Positions 62,804-64,000 of a DNA stretch of 64,000 bases are shown here, in pieces. A program made the translations under genes and the position numbers. The notes below the pieces were generated by a model that was given only the letters and a program-made list of their open reading frames with translations, did no database searches and was not told the origin of the DNA. The DNA is from Alphaproteobacteria bacterium (GTDB taxonomy: Bacteria > Pseudomonadota > Alphaproteobacteria > UBA828): the NCBI GenBank assembly GCA_965220825.1, contig OZ244839.1, positions 3,013,280 through 3,077,279 of the forward strand, given 5' to 3'. How positions within the stretch are numbered: the first letter of the stretch is position 1; each line of letters opens with the position of its first letter.

Positions 62804-63544
62804 TCAACCCTCGTCCTCGCCAAGATAGGCGCGGCGCACTTCCGGGTCGTTCTGGACCGCCCGCGGCGGGCCGACGGCGATGGTGCGTCCGTGATCGATC
62901 ACATGGACCCGTCCGCAAAGGCCCATGATCAGGCCCATATTGTGTTCCACCACCAGCACGCCACAGCCGAACTCGCCGTGAATCCGCGCAATGGTCTCGA
63001 TGAGGCCGGGGATGTCTTCCTCGTTGGTGCCGGCGGCGGGTTCGTCGAGGAGGAGGAAGGCCGGACCCGTGGCAAGCGCACGGGCGATACCCACCAGGCG
63101 CTCGTCGCCATAGGGGAGGGTGCCCGCGGTCCGTGCCGCCGCCCCGCCGAGACCGAGCCAATCCAGGATTTCCTGTGCCCGGATGCGCGCAGCCCGGCGC
63201 CCGACCGCGCGTCCGGCGAAACCGGCGGCCACATTTTCCAGCACCGAAAGCCCGGAGAAGAGCCGCACCGCCTGGAAGGTGCGGGCGACGCCCAGCCGGG
63301 AGATTTCGTGGGGACGGCTGCGGGTGATATCCCGGCCTTCGAGATGGACCCGGCCCGCGTCTACCCGTTGGAAGCCCGAGAGCACGTTGATCATCGTGCT
63401 CTTGCCCGCGCCGTTGGGCCCGATGAGGCCCAGGATCTCGTGCCGGCGGAGTTCGAGCGATAGGTCGTCCAACGCGGCGAGCCCCCCGAAACGGACGGTG
63501 ATCCCGTCCGTCCGGAGGGTCTCCTGAGGGCTGGCGGCCGTCAC
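62804..63544 (-). CDS. livG: ABC transporter ATP-binding protein (LivG-type).
   Basis: Walker A GPNGAGKSTM; characteristic LivG ending (…YLGEDEG). The start is uncertain (GTG at 63544 or an upstream TTG). Confidence 0.75.
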   Translation of the reverse strand: MTAASPQETLRTDGITVRFGGLAALDDLSLELRRHEILGLIGPNGAGKSTMINVLSGFQRVDAGRVHLEGRDITRSRPHEISRLGVARTFQAVRLFSGLSVLENVAAGFAGRAVGRRAARIRAQEILDWLGLGGAAARTAGTLPYGDERLVGIARALATGPAFLLLDEPAAGTNEEDIPGLIETIARIHGEFGCGVLVVEHNMGLIMGLCGRVHVIDHGRTIAVGPPRAVQNDPEVRRAYLGEDEG

Positions 63545-63620
63545 CGCGCCGGTCGTACGGCGCGCACCGTCGGGCGAGCCGGGGCGCGGGTCGGCGGCAG
63601 GGGCCGGACGGGCACCGGCG

Positions 63621-64000
63621 CTAGAAGTCCACGGGCGGCACCTTGTTCGCCGCAACGCGGTCTATGCCGCTGCGCACGCCGTTCTGCACCTCGACGATCA
63701 TCATCGGGGTGTCGAAGTTGATGTGCCATTCCGGCGTATAGGTGGTGGCGCCGGAGAGCAGCGGCTCCTTGTCGAACTTCTCCAGCTCCTGGGCCACCGC
63801 CTTGGCATCGAAGGTGCCTGCGCGTTCGACGGCCCGCACCCATGCCTGGATGATGGAGTAACCGGTCACGCTGAAGCCCACGATGGGCGGGCCGAAGCGC
63901 TTCTCGAACGCCGCCCAGAAGTCCTGCACCTCGGGGATCGTGTCGTCGCCGTGGATCGAGCTGTAGTTCAGGTTGTAGAAGTTGCTGAGGCCGGGGATCG
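63621..64000 (-). CDS. Branched-chain amino-acid ABC transporter substrate-binding protein (C-terminal part; the gene continues beyond the window end).
   Basis: Type-I periplasmic binding-protein C-terminal region (…GYSIIQAWVRAVERAGTFDAKAV…); stop TAG at 63621. Confidence 0.7.
   Translation of the reverse strand, partial: IPGLSNFYNLNYSSIHGDDTIPEVQDFWAAFEKRFGPPIVGFSVTGYSIIQAWVRAVERAGTFDAKAVAQELEKFDKEPLLSGATTYTPEWHINFDTPMMIVEVQNGVRSGIDRVAANKVPPVDF

Overview
High-GC (about 68-70%) chromosomal segment that looks alphaproteobacterial. It is densely packed with housekeeping genes on both strands: metW/metX; a chorismate mutase-hisC-tyrC cluster; gdhA; dut-coaBC; an acyl-CoA ligase; a RidA/TPP-enzyme/DUF482 operon divergent from metY; an amidohydrolase/LLM-oxidoreductase/diaminopropionate ammonia-lyase/SDR cluster; gabD; zapE; alaS; a PHB locus (phaC-like plus two tandem phaB); acnA divergent from a complete ccmABCDEFGHI operon; tRNA-Asn, tRNA-Ala and tRNA-Phe; maf-rng; hisG-hisD-murA; and a liv-type ABC transporter next to MetE-like, HyuB and class-IV aminotransferase genes. 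The one clearly accessory piece is an AT-rich (roughly 40% GC) islet at about 9.9-12.3 kb, just 3' of tRNA-Asn. It carries an orphan 283-aa gene whose C-terminus looks DUF4145/HEPN-like (a candidate singleton defence/abortive-infection or toxin gene), and an intact IS481-family insertion sequence with terminal inverted repeats and a TCTAAAC target-site duplication. A family of roughly 80-bp palindromic REP/MITE-like elements occurs as two full and two degenerate intergenic copies. Other points worth a second look are a 44-aa extremely basic small ORF, an FGE-domain gene translationally coupled to the PhaC-like gene, and an orphan hyuB. Most of the long ORFs in the six-frame track are antisense artefacts of the high GC content.
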